Shown here one piece after another: positions 21,810 through 32,846 of a DNA stretch of 64,000 nt; positions within the stretch are counted from its first letter, which is position 1; each line of letters begins with the position of its first letter. Under the pieces are notes generated by a model, which did not search any database, had not been told where the DNA came from, and saw nothing but the letters and a program-made list of their open reading frames with translations. Made by a program: the position numbers and the translations under genes. The stretch comes from Spirochaetaceae bacterium (GTDB lineage: Bacteria > Spirochaetota > Spirochaetia > DSM-2461): the NCBI GenBank assembly GCA_965224705.1, contig OZ245056.1:1600001-1664000 (forward strand), written 5' to 3'.

Positions 21810-22919
21810 ATGATGCAGGTGAAAATACGAAGTGTAGAAACTATTTGTCTCACTATTCTGACAATTCTTGCTGTAGGAACAACTATCCACTTCATGCAAA
21901 GATTGTTTATTCCCCTGATAATCGCTGGACTCCTTTCTCTCATGCTCACCCCCCTTGTCAATCAGATGGCACTGATCAGGATACCTCGTTTCATCGGTAT
22001 AATCTGTGTGATAGGAGCCCTGTTTGTTGTTCTGTTCATCGTAGGAAGGTTGTTCTACTCAAGTCTTCAGACTTTTACTCAGGTTTTTGGAGACTATCAG
22101 AAACGCTTTGTCAGTATTCTTAGTGAACTGTGGATACGTTTAAAAATACCGCAGGAATACTTCCCAAGACTGGGCTGGACTCGCAGCATGATTGATGGAA
22201 TCGTTCAGATATCCGGCAGTTTTGTGAACCTTGGAACCCAACTGGGATTAGTTTTCTTCTTCCTTATTTTCATGCTTGTCGAAACGCCGCTCTCATGGTT
22301 TAAGTTCAGACGTGCATTCCCTCGTCGTTTAAATCATCAACTGGGCAGTGCTGTTGATGATGTGTTTCGGCAGGTTGCTCGTTATCTTACAGTAAAAACC
22401 ATTATCAGTGCTGTAACCGGTCTCGCCGTATGGTTTTCATTGAGTCTGGTTGGGCAGGATCTTGCGGCTCTCTGGGGGCTTTTAGCCTTTCTGTTCAATT
22501 ACATCCCAAACCTTGGCAGTACAATCATAATGGCTGCCACCATGATCCTGGGACTTGCCCAATTCTATCCGGCATGGGATAGAATAATCATCGTATGGCT
22601 GTTGATGCCGGGGATACAACTCTTGATGGGAAACATTCTGGATCCCATGATTCAAGGTGATCAACTGGATCTCAGTCCCCTGGTGATTCTCGTCTCCCTG
22701 GTTCTCTGGGGCTGGATTCTCGGTCTGACAGGCATGTTTTTAGCCGTTCCCCTTACTGTCGCATTAAGGATTATTTTGAATCACATTGAGGGACTTCGTC
22801 CTGTTGCGGTGATGATGGGTTCGGGTAAGATTGACCGGGCCCTGCATCACAAATTACTGAGAAGAAAAAGAATTCGGTTCAAAATGGGGAAGAAGAATAC
22901 AAACCAGCCAGATACCTGA
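21810..22919 (+). CDS. AI-2E family transporter
   Basis: Multi-TM; YL.VKT.IS, LAF.FNYIPNLGS, LSPLVIL.SL..WGW..G..GMFLAVPLT. Confidence 0.9.
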   Translation: MMQVKIRSVETICLTILTILAVGTTIHFMQRLFIPLIIAGLLSLMLTPLVNQMALIRIPRFIGIICVIGALFVVLFIVGRLFYSSLQTFTQVFGDYQKRFVSILSELWIRLKIPQEYFPRLGWTRSMIDGIVQISGSFVNLGTQLGLVFFFLIFMLVETPLSWFKFRRAFPRRLNHQLGSAVDDVFRQVARYLTVKTIISAVTGLAVWFSLSLVGQDLAALWGLLAFLFNYIPNLGSTIIMAATMILGLAQFYPAWDRIIIVWLLMPGIQLLMGNILDPMIQGDQLDLSPLVILVSLVLWGWILGLTGMFLAVPLTVALRIILNHIEGLRPVAVMMGSGKIDRALHHKLLRRKRIRFKMGKKNTNQPDT

Positions 22920-22931
22920 TCGTTCAAATCT

Positions 22932-24224
22932 ATGAATCAAAAACCAGGCATTTTTATCACGTGGCTCCCCCTTGCTGTGATGTGGATTCTAATGGCCATA
23001 GAACAGCCGGTGATTACAGCCATGATAGCCCGAATGAGCAGCGCCACCGCCCAACTGGCGGCCTTTGGTATCGCCTTCTCCCTGGCTCTGCTCATCGAAG
23101 GCCTTGTCGTACAGATGCTGGCAGCCGGTACAGCTATAGCAGACAACCGTGAGAACTACAGACGTCTTTTGATGATGATGCACATAATCGGTGGAGGAGC
23201 AACAATGGTCCATGCCACTCTTTGCATTCCAGCCGTTTTTGATGCATTCGCAGCCATGGTACTTGGAATTCCCAGGGAACTCATCGTTCCTTCCCGAATG
23301 GCTTTTCTCGCTCTGCTTCCCTGGACTCTGGGCATCGGTTATCGGCGCCTCTGGCAGGGAGTTCTTATCCGGTACAGCCGAACAAAAATGATTCCTGCAG
23401 CAATGCTTTTTCGTATTCTGTTCATCGTTATCACTTTGTTGTGGGCATTTAAATCTCAGCGGATAAGCGGTTCTGTTGCCGGTGGCTTAAGCCTGACTGT
23501 CGGTATTGCAGTCAGTCTGCTGGTTACATGGCTCTGTGTTCGACCCGTTGTTAAAAACTTGCCTTCTGCCATGGATCAATCGGACAAATCCATCATGTCC
23601 TGGAAGGATATCCTTGTATTCTACATACCGTTAGCTCTTACCAATGTTATCAGCTTCGGTGTACGGCCTGCATTGCAGATGGGTCTTGCCCGTGGAGTAT
23701 TACCTTTGGAATCATTGGCTGTCTGGCCAGTTTTTGCAGGCTATATGTTTCTGTTTCACTCGCTTGCACTGGCATCACAGGAAGTGGTGATTTCCCGCCT
23801 TGACAGCCCGGAATCCCAGAGGCAGATTATCCGCTTCAGTATCATTCTGGCTGCAATGCTCTCAACTGCCTGTATTCTGGCGTTTGCCACTCCATTCTGG
23901 AAGATATGGTACTCGGGAATATCAGGTCTGGAAGACTCGCTGACATCACTCTCCCACTCTCCTACAATCCTGATTTCCCCTATGATACCTCTTTCTGTAT
24001 TTGTTTCTCTTTGCCACGGAGCACTGATTCGTCAGAGACGTACCCGGGAAGTTACCTGTAGTATTACCATCAATATCACAGTTCTTATCAGTGCGATGTT
24101 CCTTGGTATCGCCATTTTTCCCTATCCAGCCATCAGTATCGTGGCCGTTTCATATTCCCTCGCCTTTGCCGTTGAGTTGGTGTATCTTGCATCACGACAC
24201 CCTTTATCGAGTCAGATACGATGA
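22932..24224 (+). CDS. MATE/ANKH-like multi-pass membrane transporter
   Basis: About 12 hydrophobic segments in two repeats (W.PLA..W..MA.E.P; FY.PLALT). Confidence 0.6.
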   Translation: MNQKPGIFITWLPLAVMWILMAIEQPVITAMIARMSSATAQLAAFGIAFSLALLIEGLVVQMLAAGTAIADNRENYRRLLMMMHIIGGGATMVHATLCIPAVFDAFAAMVLGIPRELIVPSRMAFLALLPWTLGIGYRRLWQGVLIRYSRTKMIPAAMLFRILFIVITLLWAFKSQRISGSVAGGLSLTVGIAVSLLVTWLCVRPVVKNLPSAMDQSDKSIMSWKDILVFYIPLALTNVISFGVRPALQMGLARGVLPLESLAVWPVFAGYMFLFHSLALASQEVVISRLDSPESQRQIIRFSIILAAMLSTACILAFATPFWKIWYSGISGLEDSLTSLSHSPTILISPMIPLSVFVSLCHGALIRQRRTREVTCSITINITVLISAMFLGIAIFPYPAISIVAVSYSLAFAVELVYLASRHPLSSQIR

Positions 24225-26074
24225 ACACAATGGATAAAAACTCCCTGCCCCATCTTCTTTCTCTTCTCAAGCATGTTTTTGGCTTCACAGAATTTCGCCC
24301 CTTTCAGGAAGCAATTATTACAGCATCTCTGGCGAACCGGGACATCTTCGCCGCCCTTCCCACAGGGGGAGGCAAGAGTCTCTGCTACCAATTACCAGCC
24401 ATGGTAAGAGATGGTCTGACTGTTGTTATCAGCCCTTTAATAGCTCTGATGAAGGATCAGGTTGATGCGGCCCGGGCCTCCGGTGTTGAAGCTGGATGCT
24501 TGAACAGTTCCATGGATTTTTTCGAGCGGTATGCTGTTTACCAGTCGCTTAATTCCGGTTCCTTGAAAATTCTTTACATTGCTCCCGAAAGGCTGGGAAT
24601 GGAGGGAAGTTTTGAAAATCTGGCCAACTGGGGCTGTACGGCCATTGCAGTGGATGAGGCTCATTGTATCTCCGAATGGGGCCATGACTTCCGCCCGGAG
24701 TACCGTCAGCTCAGCAGCATACGGAAACACTTCCCGGAAATCCCGTTGATGGCCCTCACTGCAACGGCTACTCAGCGGGTTCAAACGGATATCATCAGTC
24801 AACTGGGACTTCAAGACCCCTACATTGTACGGGCCAGTTTCAATCGCCCGGAGATTTTTTATCGTGTAGAGCCTGAAAGAAATATTCTGCCCCGCATCAC
24901 CAGTTTTCTGAAATCACGTCATAACCTTTCCGGTATCATCTACAGGTCAACAAGAGCTGATGTAGAAAAAACTGCGGCATACCTCCAGAAAAAGGGCATA
25001 AATGCGGCGCCCTACCATGCAGGGCTTCCCGATGACGTACGCCGACAGAATCAAGATGATTTCAAGGCGGATCGAATAGCGGTTATAGTGGCCACTGTTG
25101 CATTCGGCATGGGTATAGACAAACCGGATATCCGATTCGTCATACATGGCGATCTCCCTGGAAATCTGGAATCCTACTACCAGGAAACTGGACGCTCAGG
25201 TAGAGATGGAGACAATGCGGAAACTCTGCTTCTATGGAACTTTGGGGATATGGCCAAAACACAGTGGCATATCGACCGGATTGAAAACCCGGTCGAGCGG
25301 AGAAGAGCCGGTGATGCTCTCCGGAAAATGCTCCGTTTCGCCGATACATTTGCCTGTCGGCGCCAAATTCTTCTGGCTCATTTTGGTGAGGAGCACCCTG
25401 GGAAATGCGGGGGGTGTGATGTTTGCACAGGAGAGGTTGAAAGTGTGGATGCTACGGAAGATGCCCGAAAGATTCTCTCCGCAGCCTGCCGGACGAAGCA
25501 AATCTTTGGAGTCCATCACCTTGTTGATATAGTGAGAGGAACCCTGACAGACAAAATTTCCAGTCGGGGTCATCAGTTCTTACCCACTTTTGGTGTGGGG
25601 GCTGATTCTCCCAAAAAGTATTGGCTGGCCATTGCAGGTGATCTGGAGACCGGCGGTTTTGTGTTCCGGGATGAAAGCAGGTACAAAGCCCTCACCCTCA
25701 CAGAGAAAGGGAAGGACCTTCTCTTTGGCAGAATTGAATTCCGTACGGTCCGAAGGGCAATGGATAGGAAGGAGACACTTCATGTCCTGGATCTGGGCGC
25801 ATCCGGCAAAGATGGAATAGAGACGGAGCTTTCCGAGGAGGATGGCCGGCTGTATGAGGTGTTGAGAGCTCTCCGCTTTGCCCAGGCAAAGGAAATTGGG
25901 AAGGCACCCTATATGATATTCCCCAATGCGACATTGAGAGCCATGGCGGTTCATCGTCCCCGAAACGATCAGGAGCTTCTGGCCTGTCCGGGTGTCGGTG
26001 AGAGGAAATTGCAGTCCTGGGGAGAATTATTTCTGAATGAAATCGATCGTTTTCTGAAAAACCTTGAATCTTAA
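24221..26074 (+). CDS. recQ: ATP-dependent DNA helicase RecQ
   Basis: PTGGGKSLCYQ, VDEAHCISEWGHDFRPEY, QE.GR.GRDG, Zn-binding Cys, RQC and HRDC domains. Confidence 0.96.
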   Translation: MNTMDKNSLPHLLSLLKHVFGFTEFRPFQEAIITASLANRDIFAALPTGGGKSLCYQLPAMVRDGLTVVISPLIALMKDQVDAARASGVEAGCLNSSMDFFERYAVYQSLNSGSLKILYIAPERLGMEGSFENLANWGCTAIAVDEAHCISEWGHDFRPEYRQLSSIRKHFPEIPLMALTATATQRVQTDIISQLGLQDPYIVRASFNRPEIFYRVEPERNILPRITSFLKSRHNLSGIIYRSTRADVEKTAAYLQKKGINAAPYHAGLPDDVRRQNQDDFKADRIAVIVATVAFGMGIDKPDIRFVIHGDLPGNLESYYQETGRSGRDGDNAETLLLWNFGDMAKTQWHIDRIENPVERRRAGDALRKMLRFADTFACRRQILLAHFGEEHPGKCGGCDVCTGEVESVDATEDARKILSAACRTKQIFGVHHLVDIVRGTLTDKISSRGHQFLPTFGVGADSPKKYWLAIAGDLETGGFVFRDESRYKALTLTEKGKDLLFGRIEFRTVRRAMDRKETLHVLDLGASGKDGIETELSEEDGRLYEVLRALRFAQAKEIGKAPYMIFPNATLRAMAVHRPRNDQELLACPGVGERKLQSWGELFLNEIDRFLKNLES

Positions 26075-26092
26075 ACCGTAAAATGTCAGAAT

Positions 26093-27127
26093 GTGAAAAT
26101 GATAGCCCTCACCGGAGCCACGGGATTTCTTGGCCACTCAATTCTCCGCCAGCTTAAAGCGGCCGATCAGCCAGTTGGTGCTGTACTTCTCAATACGTCC
26201 GATACATCTCGAATAAAACCCTACTGTAAATGGACGGCCGAGGCATCACTGGACAATGTTGGATCCCTGGTTGAAGTATTCAGCGGAAGTGATGTTGTTA
26301 TTCACTCAGCGGCTCTTATTGACATTCGTGCCGGGCATCGGTCTCTCCTTCGCAAAGTTAATTTTGAGGGGACAAAGAATGTTATGAAGGCATGCCGCCA
26401 GACAGGGGTGAAGCGGTTGATCTATCTCAGCAGTATAGAGGCCTTTGATCTTACTTCCAATCGTCGACCCATACGGGAAGATTTTGGTTTTTCCGATGGA
26501 ACAGCCATCATGGATTATGGAGAAAGCAAGGCAGAAGCAAGCCGAATGGTTATGGCGGCTGGATTGAGCGGTCATATGGAAACTGTGATTATCTGTCCAT
26601 CCGGTCTGGTTGGTCCCTGGGACTATCGGATGGGTCTCTTTACGAAGTTGATTGGACTGTTTCTCAGAGGCAAAATGCCTCCTTTTTCAATTCCTGGGGG
26701 GATGGATTTTGTGGATGTCCGGGATGTGGCTGGTGCTGTTATCAGTTCCATTCAAAAAGGCCGTTCAGGAGAATACTATCTTACTTCTGGTGACTATTTA
26801 GAGCTTTCTCACTTCTTTATGATTCTGGAAAAACTCAGCGGCATCAAGCCTCCAAAGTATACACTTCCTCACTCCCTATGCCGCATCGTTGCCCGAAGCA
26901 TGGAAATCTGGGCCAATGCTTTTAACAGGACAACACCTCTTACTCCGGGAGCGTTGAAATTACTTGGGAAGGATGTCCGCATAGATTCAAATAAGGCCAG
27001 AGAGGAATTGAATTTCGCAGCCCGTCCCATCGAAAAAACGTTTGAAGACATGGTGGCCTGGTTTCGCAATCCCGAAACAGAGACTATTGATTCTGCCCCT
27101 GCTGCTTCTCTCGATCCTTCAATATAG
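26093..27127 (+). CDS. NAD-dependent epimerase/dehydratase (dihydroflavonol reductase-like SDR)
   Basis: TGATGFLG, YxxSK, FVDVRDVA. Confidence 0.88.
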   Translation: MKMIALTGATGFLGHSILRQLKAADQPVGAVLLNTSDTSRIKPYCKWTAEASLDNVGSLVEVFSGSDVVIHSAALIDIRAGHRSLLRKVNFEGTKNVMKACRQTGVKRLIYLSSIEAFDLTSNRRPIREDFGFSDGTAIMDYGESKAEASRMVMAAGLSGHMETVIICPSGLVGPWDYRMGLFTKLIGLFLRGKMPPFSIPGGMDFVDVRDVAGAVISSIQKGRSGEYYLTSGDYLELSHFFMILEKLSGIKPPKYTLPHSLCRIVARSMEIWANAFNRTTPLTPGALKLLGKDVRIDSNKAREELNFAARPIEKTFEDMVAWFRNPETETIDSAPAASLDPSI

Positions 27128-27575
27128 CTGCGGCCAGCTCTCTGGCCCAATGATGGACTTCTTCTCCCTCCGGAAGCTGTGTCATCATATCCTGTCTGAG
27201 TCCTGAAATGAGGAGCCTTGCCCCAAGAATACTCAGTCTGGCTTCAAGAATGTCCACAGCCTCTGCAAAGAAGGGATAGCGGCTGTTCCCGGAACCGAAT
27301 ACTGCGGCTTTGCAGCCGGTGAGATCCAGGTCATCCATACCAAGTTCAAATCTCAGAAAATCCTGCTGGAGATCGCCCTGCCCATAGGTTGAACTTCCTA
27401 AAACCACATAGGGATACTCGTTGAGTTCCCCGGGGCTGGTTTCAAAAACGTTTTTTATGACTGCGGATATGCCTGCTTCCTCCAGCGTTTTTCCAAGAAC
27501 GGCTGCAATACGTGCAGTTTTTCTTCTGGTGCTGCCATAGACAATCAAGACTTCCCTCATTGCAGTCCGGTTCAC
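27084..27575 (-). CDS. Flavodoxin
   Basis: IVYGS....T, LGSSTYGQGDLQ, AVFGSG...Y..F..AVD; start overlaps the mvk stop. Confidence 0.9.
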   Translation of the reverse strand: MNRTAMREVLIVYGSTRRKTARIAAVLGKTLEEAGISAVIKNVFETSPGELNEYPYVVLGSSTYGQGDLQQDFLRFELGMDDLDLTGCKAAVFGSGNSRYPFFAEAVDILEARLSILGARLLISGLRQDMMTQLPEGEEVHHWARELAAAILKDREKQQGQNQ

Positions 27576-28543
27576 AGGCCGCCCACGTTTATTGCCTTTA
27601 GAGGTTCTGCGAGGGTTATACCATTCCCTGCCAGTAAATCAGGCAGGCTGTTCATGAGATATCTCTGTGTGGATTCGTCCTGCACAAGCAGGACGAACGC
27701 TCCTCCCATTCCTCCTCCGCTCAATTTCCCGGCCAATGCTCCATTTGATTGTGCTATGGACAGCACCTGATCCAGATCCCTGCTTGAAAGACTTGATTCG
27801 CTGAGTTGAAACTGCATCAGACTGATTGTGTCCGCAGTGAGTCGGAGAAAATCATTTGTATTAATTCCAATTCGTCTGATCCGTTTGATAAATGCGGTTA
27901 TTGCTTCCTGCATTTCCTGGATGATGGACGCATTTTTGCGGTCTCCTGAAACAAGGCTTCGATGTAATTCTTCAACAGAAGAAACTGTTCCCTGTTCACG
28001 GGGCAGAGCACCGTAGATTAAGTGAAGAAGCGGTATTTTCAATTTTCTGCCGACAGGAATATCCCCTCTTTTTGGATACCAGGTATTGAGTCCTGGCATG
28101 GAGGACATTCCAGTATCGATACCGGATGGATTGCCGTGAAATCTCCGTTCCAGTTTGTTGGCCAGCCGGTGAATACTGCGATTATATCCTGTTGAGCTGC
28201 TCCCCATGAGAATCCGGGCAACGGCCACACAAAGAGCTCCCGAAGAACCAAATCCTCCGGCTCGAGGAACATCGCTCAGCACTGTCCACCGTCCATTTAT
28301 ATCTCTTACCGGAAGTTTTTCTTTCTCTGCAGCCCTCAGCAGCTCAAGCATGACAGCCGCATCTTTCTCATCCATTTTTGGAAAGGATGGGGAACCGGAG
28401 TCATCCGGCTGGAAAACAACCCTTGTTCGGCAGGGTAAGTCAAAACCGATGGCCGGGCAGCCATACACGGCGGCATGCTCGCCGAAAAGGATGAGCTTGC
28501 CGGTTGCGGACATTGTAAAGGCGATGTTAGAAGGATTCTTCAC
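27572..28543 (-). CDS. mvk: Mevalonate kinase
   Basis: GKLILFGEHAAVYG.PAI, GHMP motif P...GFGSSGA, HGNPSGID, KLSGGG.GG. Confidence 0.92.
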   Translation of the reverse strand: MKNPSNIAFTMSATGKLILFGEHAAVYGCPAIGFDLPCRTRVVFQPDDSGSPSFPKMDEKDAAVMLELLRAAEKEKLPVRDINGRWTVLSDVPRAGGFGSSGALCVAVARILMGSSSTGYNRSIHRLANKLERRFHGNPSGIDTGMSSMPGLNTWYPKRGDIPVGRKLKIPLLHLIYGALPREQGTVSSVEELHRSLVSGDRKNASIIQEMQEAITAFIKRIRRIGINTNDFLRLTADTISLMQFQLSESSLSSRDLDQVLSIAQSNGALAGKLSGGGMGGAFVLLVQDESTQRYLMNSLPDLLAGNGITLAEPLKAINVGGL

Positions 28544-29459
28544 AGTTCAAACCTTCTTCCTCCAGATGGAAAAATCCAGCCTTTCCCTGATCGACAAGGA
28601 TGTCCAGCACGGCCATTTCCTTTTTCAGGATTGATCCTGTCCGGTAGAGAAGAAGGGTGAGTTCATTCCCTGCCCCGACACATTTCACCGCAGTTCCTGC
28701 GCGGGTTCCCTCCAGAATATCCTGTCCCAACTCATGGGGCAGATGGGGCCGTGCCGGAACGCCAATGGCTTCGCCCAGTTGAATTCCCAATCGGCCGTAC
28801 TCTCCCAGCAGGGAGAATACCCTATCACTATTTCCCTGAGTGTCAAGATAATGGAGGAATTCAATGAGTGTGTGTGTCATCCGGGTACGCAATTTGCCTG
28901 CCTGCTCCTTGAATTGACCGGCCCATCGGGTATAGAGATCCACAGCCACTGGGCTGCTCACCGGTGAAGATCCCCGGAGAAGGCAGCCGCCGATTTCCTC
29001 CGGCCATCTGATTTTTTCCCATGTCGGAGAAATTCCTCCTCTGAAGAGACCTGCTCCACCATGAGCCGAGGTGTAGACATCATAACCGCTTCCGCGGCCT
29101 CCCTGGAAGTGTCGGTGAGCCATCAATGCGTTCTGAAGAACTTCCCTGTCAGAGGAGTCCATCAGGGTGCGAGTCATTAACAGAGCAGCAGCGGCACTGG
29201 ATCCCAATCCCCATTTTAAACCATCTTTAGAATAAAACATCAAAGTGTCCACAAAAATGTTGCTGTATTCCGGCCGCTTCGATAAAACTGTGCATACCGA
29301 ATTGAGAAGTTCCCTGCCGTGCGGATTCCCGGAAGAAATACAATCTCCACGAAGGAGGCGGGCCCTGCCTCCAGCAGCAAGGGCTATTCCCAATCCTCCT
29401 TCTTCTGTTACATGGTATTCGCCAGCCAGCAGAATACTGCCGGGGGCCGTCCACCTCAT
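28527..29459 (-). CDS. Phosphomevalonate kinase
   Basis: APG..LLAGEY, K.GLGSSAA, AH..FQGGRGSGYDV; ATG coupled to the mvaD stop (TGATG). Confidence 0.85.
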   Translation of the reverse strand: MRWTAPGSILLAGEYHVTEEGGLGIALAAGGRARLLRGDCISSGNPHGRELLNSVCTVLSKRPEYSNIFVDTLMFYSKDGLKWGLGSSAAAALLMTRTLMDSSDREVLQNALMAHRHFQGGRGSGYDVYTSAHGGAGLFRGGISPTWEKIRWPEEIGGCLLRGSSPVSSPVAVDLYTRWAGQFKEQAGKLRTRMTHTLIEFLHYLDTQGNSDRVFSLLGEYGRLGIQLGEAIGVPARPHLPHELGQDILEGTRAGTAVKCVGAGNELTLLLYRTGSILKKEMAVLDILVDQGKAGFFHLEEEGLNCEESF

Positions 29460-30460
29460 CACAGGGTCTGTACCTGCGGTTCCCGGGCTGCGGAACACTC
29501 CCTTGTACGAACTCCATGGACGTTCTCTGCGATCTGTTTGATCAGGAATTGCGCATTCTGCTTCTCACAGAATATCTTTACCTGCGGGCCGGCATCCATG
29601 GTTTCCCAGAATTGATAATGCTCCTGCCTGAGTTTGTCAACCAGATCCAGAACCTGTAGACTTCTGGGCGACCAGTACCGAATTGGAACCTCGGCGGCAA
29701 ACATGGTTGAAAACATTCTCATATAGCTGCGGCGAATGATGGGCCCCAGGCGTTCAAGGCTGCAGGAGTTGAGAGCCTCTATGGCTTTCTCGGTGAGTAT
29801 TGGCGCATTTCTGACCCACTCACTGTAGAACGGAGAACTGAGACGGCACTGTTCCATGGCCTCTCTTGAGGATATTTTCTTGGGACCGGGTTCTGTCTCC
29901 ACGACAATTACACGCAGATCGGGCCAGTGACCTGCCACTTCATGGGCCGATTCTCCACCGGCGGGGAGGAGGGTGAAGCCGCCAAAGACAGATCGGGCCG
30001 CCGATGCTGAACCGATGCGGGCCAGAGACGAAATCTCCCGGCTGTTCAGCCCCAGTGAAAGGGCCTGGTTACAGGCCAGTGCCAGGGCGGCGAATCCTGC
30101 CGAGGAGCTGGCAATCCCGGCGGCCAGCGGAAAATTCAACTCACTCTGCGCCTGAACAGCAAATTTCTTCCCCGCCCTTCCGGTTAATTCTCTGAGCTCG
30201 CTGAAAAACTCTTCAAACCGATCCGGATTCTGGAGTTTCCCACCGATAAACACCTGGTCGGAAATGGATGAATCTTCATGTGTTGAAATTATTTCAACCT
30301 CTGTCTTACAGTTGAGTTCCGAAAGGCAGAGTGCCAGGGATGGAGTGGCCGGAATATTTCTCCGCCCATCCGTTTTACCCCAGTATTTTGTGAGGGCTAA
30401 ACTGGGGTGGGTGATGGCCAATGCCTTTCCGAGAATCCTGTCCGTGTCAGCCGGCGGCAT
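29459..30460 (-). CDS. mvaD: Diphosphomevalonate decarboxylase
   Basis: AL.KYWGK, NFP.AAG.ASSSAG.AAL, AR.GS.SA.RS..GGF, TMDAGP.VK. Confidence 0.95.
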   Translation of the reverse strand: MPPADTDRILGKALAITHPSLALTKYWGKTDGRRNIPATPSLALCLSELNCKTEVEIISTHEDSSISDQVFIGGKLQNPDRFEEFFSELRELTGRAGKKFAVQAQSELNFPLAAGIASSSAGFAALALACNQALSLGLNSREISSLARIGSASAARSVFGGFTLLPAGGESAHEVAGHWPDLRVIVVETEPGPKKISSREAMEQCRLSSPFYSEWVRNAPILTEKAIEALNSCSLERLGPIIRRSYMRMFSTMFAAEVPIRYWSPRSLQVLDLVDKLRQEHYQFWETMDAGPQVKIFCEKQNAQFLIKQIAENVHGVRTRECSAAREPQVQTL

Positions 30461-31748
30461 GTTCCTGTTTCCATTTCCGGAATCGAAGAACTGCTTTGGC
30501 CCGGGATCGAATTGTTTCGGATCGAATCACCTGTGTATAGGCGGCAATTTCTTCCGTCCTGGCTCCGGAACTGAAGGCCAGGCGCCGTGCGTGGAGTTCC
30601 ATGTGTCCGGCCTGTATGCCCTCGCACACCAATGCCCGCAAAGCTGCAAGGTTTTGAACAAGACCGACCGCTGCGGCAATGCGGCTCAAGCCCTGAGCGT
30701 CAGGATTCTCAAGCATATCCAGGGCCCAGCGCGATGCGGGATGGAAACCGACAGCACCTCCTGTAACGGCAAATGGGAGGGGTAATTCCAGTGTCCCATG
30801 CAGAATATCCCCTTCAATCCAATACTCGCTCAGCCCGCGGTAAGAGCCGCTGCGGCTGGCCCAGGCATGAATGGCGGCTTCTATGGCCCGCGTATCATTG
30901 CAGGTTGCCAGGGCCAGGGCACTGATTCCATTCATGATTCCCTTGTTGTGGGTAATGGCCCTATCTTCATCTTCCCGGGTTATATTGGCCGCTTTTACAA
31001 TGCGTGCCGCTGTTTGATGGCCATCGAAACCAGATCTCTGTAAACTCTTCACCGGCATACTGAGTTGGGCTCTGGCTGTTCTATCCCTTGATCGGTTGGA
31101 CAATATGGCCATCAGAATCTTCCCCCCTGTGATGTCTTCAAGCAGGGGCTTCACTTTTTCGGCAGCACTGTTGAGCAGATTCGCTCCCAGGGCATCCCGA
31201 ACGTCAATTTTTAGGTTTACAGAAAATGTCCGGGCGGATGCCAGCCAGCGGACGTCCATTCCCCTCCAGCCGCCTCCCCGGTTTTCCATGGAGGTTAGCA
31301 AAGGTTCCAGATGCAGACGCAGATGCATTTCTGCCTCCCGGATTTTGTTGACCCCACTCTCCCGCAGTCCTCCTGTGTCATCGACAAAGATCTGTGCCAC
31401 CATTACAGGATCACTGGCCGATGTGGAAAGCTGCCCATTTCTGGAACAGAGATGCCCGATGTAGGAACAGGCCGCAAGGACCGATGGTTCTTCTGTGGCC
31501 AGCGGAATCATGTACTCCCTGCCGTCAATTGAAAGAGGACCGGCCAGTCCCATCGGCACGGCCATGTAGCCTGCCGCCTGTTCAACCATCACCTCTGAGA
31601 GGTTGAGCATCTCAGCATCATGGCCGCTTGAGTAAAAATCCTGACAGGATTCAGGGTAGTGTTCTTCTATCATCTTCCGTCTCTTCTGGATGGGTCCGAG
31701 GCGGAACTTTTTTCCAGCAAGATGATGTTTTTTCATGAGGATGACCAT
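30447..31748 (-). CDS. mvaA: HMG-CoA reductase, class II
   Basis: PLATEEPSV.AA, DA.GAN..N, RA.THNKGIMNG, NDTRA.EA, EGIQ.GHM.LHAR. Confidence 0.94.
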   Translation of the reverse strand: MVILMKKHHLAGKKFRLGPIQKRRKMIEEHYPESCQDFYSSGHDAEMLNLSEVMVEQAAGYMAVPMGLAGPLSIDGREYMIPLATEEPSVLAACSYIGHLCSRNGQLSTSASDPVMVAQIFVDDTGGLRESGVNKIREAEMHLRLHLEPLLTSMENRGGGWRGMDVRWLASARTFSVNLKIDVRDALGANLLNSAAEKVKPLLEDITGGKILMAILSNRSRDRTARAQLSMPVKSLQRSGFDGHQTAARIVKAANITREDEDRAITHNKGIMNGISALALATCNDTRAIEAAIHAWASRSGSYRGLSEYWIEGDILHGTLELPLPFAVTGGAVGFHPASRWALDMLENPDAQGLSRIAAAVGLVQNLAALRALVCEGIQAGHMELHARRLAFSSGARTEEIAAYTQVIRSETIRSRAKAVLRFRKWKQEHAAG

Positions 31749-32845
31749 CCAGTTTTCAGGGCTTCTTCGGCAAGGACGGCAGCCCGGTGTTCCAGATCCG
31801 CCGGGATGTGCAGGGTGAGGGATTTCAGTTCCTTAAGAGTGCCTGCGCCTGTCAGGGCAATGGCGGCCTGAAGCCCTTCTTCAATGGAAGCCAGGTAGGA
31901 AAAAACTTCTTCAGAGCCGCTATGGGCTTTCCGAATGAATGGGAGGGCCGCGGCGGCCATAGACGCACCACAGGCCAGTGCTCTTGCAAATTCATTGGGT
32001 GTCCGCAAGCCGCCGGATGCAATTATTCTATCCGATACCAGATCTCCGGCCATTCCTCCGTTCATGGCAATCATGCGGTAGGCAAGAAGCAGTACACCTG
32101 TTGGATAACCCCAGCTTCGAAACGATTCACCGGCGATTTGATCCTTTTCTTCTTTTCTGTATGTTTCCACGGTAATCCAATCGGTACCTCCCATGCCTGA
32201 AATGTCCACATAAGCCGCTCCGGCATTGAGGAGTTTCAAACCTTCTCCGGGGGGGATTCCATTGCCCGTTTCTTTCACGAGTACCGGGAAATCAGCCTCA
32301 TCGATCAGGCGGCAGATGCTTTCGAACCATCCGGTATAATTCCTATCCCCATGATGCTGGAAGAATTCCTGTCCGGGATTCAGATGTATGAAAAGCCCAT
32401 CGGCCTGGATCCTTTTTACTGCTTCTGAAATTGTGTGAGAGGAGTATTCTGCAAGTTGAGCTGCCCCGATATTGGCGAGAACCGGTACATCTGGTGCCAG
32501 GGATTTTATTTGAAAATGGGAAGTTGTATCCGGATCTTCCAGCATTATACGAATTGAACCGGTGCCAATGGCAACTCTGCGTTCTTCGGCGATTTCTGCC
32601 AGCCGATTGTTGAGGGTAAAGCCCTCCCTGGAGCCCCCTGTCATGCAGGAAATCAACACCGGCATGGAAAGAGAGCAGCCGATGAAATCGGATTCAAGGG
32701 ATATGGAACCGGCATCAATTTCCGGCATGGAGCAATGGGGCAGATGTATTCGGTTCAGCTCCGTATCACCTGATTCTACAGAGTACGAAGTATCCAGGCA
32801 CAGGTTGAGATGGTGCTGCTTCCTTCTGGATGTACCGGTATCCAT
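31733..32845 (-). CDS. fni: Type 2 (FMN-dependent) isopentenyl-diphosphate isomerase
   Basis: RK..H, MTGG, ANIG..Q, HLNP.QE, KE.G.G, GGT.W..VE, IASGG.R. Confidence 0.94.
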   Translation of the reverse strand: MDTGTSRRKQHHLNLCLDTSYSVESGDTELNRIHLPHCSMPEIDAGSISLESDFIGCSLSMPVLISCMTGGSREGFTLNNRLAEIAEERRVAIGTGSIRIMLEDPDTTSHFQIKSLAPDVPVLANIGAAQLAEYSSHTISEAVKRIQADGLFIHLNPGQEFFQHHGDRNYTGWFESICRLIDEADFPVLVKETGNGIPPGEGLKLLNAGAAYVDISGMGGTDWITVETYRKEEKDQIAGESFRSWGYPTGVLLLAYRMIAMNGGMAGDLVSDRIIASGGLRTPNEFARALACGASMAAAALPFIRKAHSGSEEVFSYLASIEEGLQAAIALTGAGTLKELKSLTLHIPADLEHRAAVLAEEALKTGWSSS

Positions 32846-32846
32846 T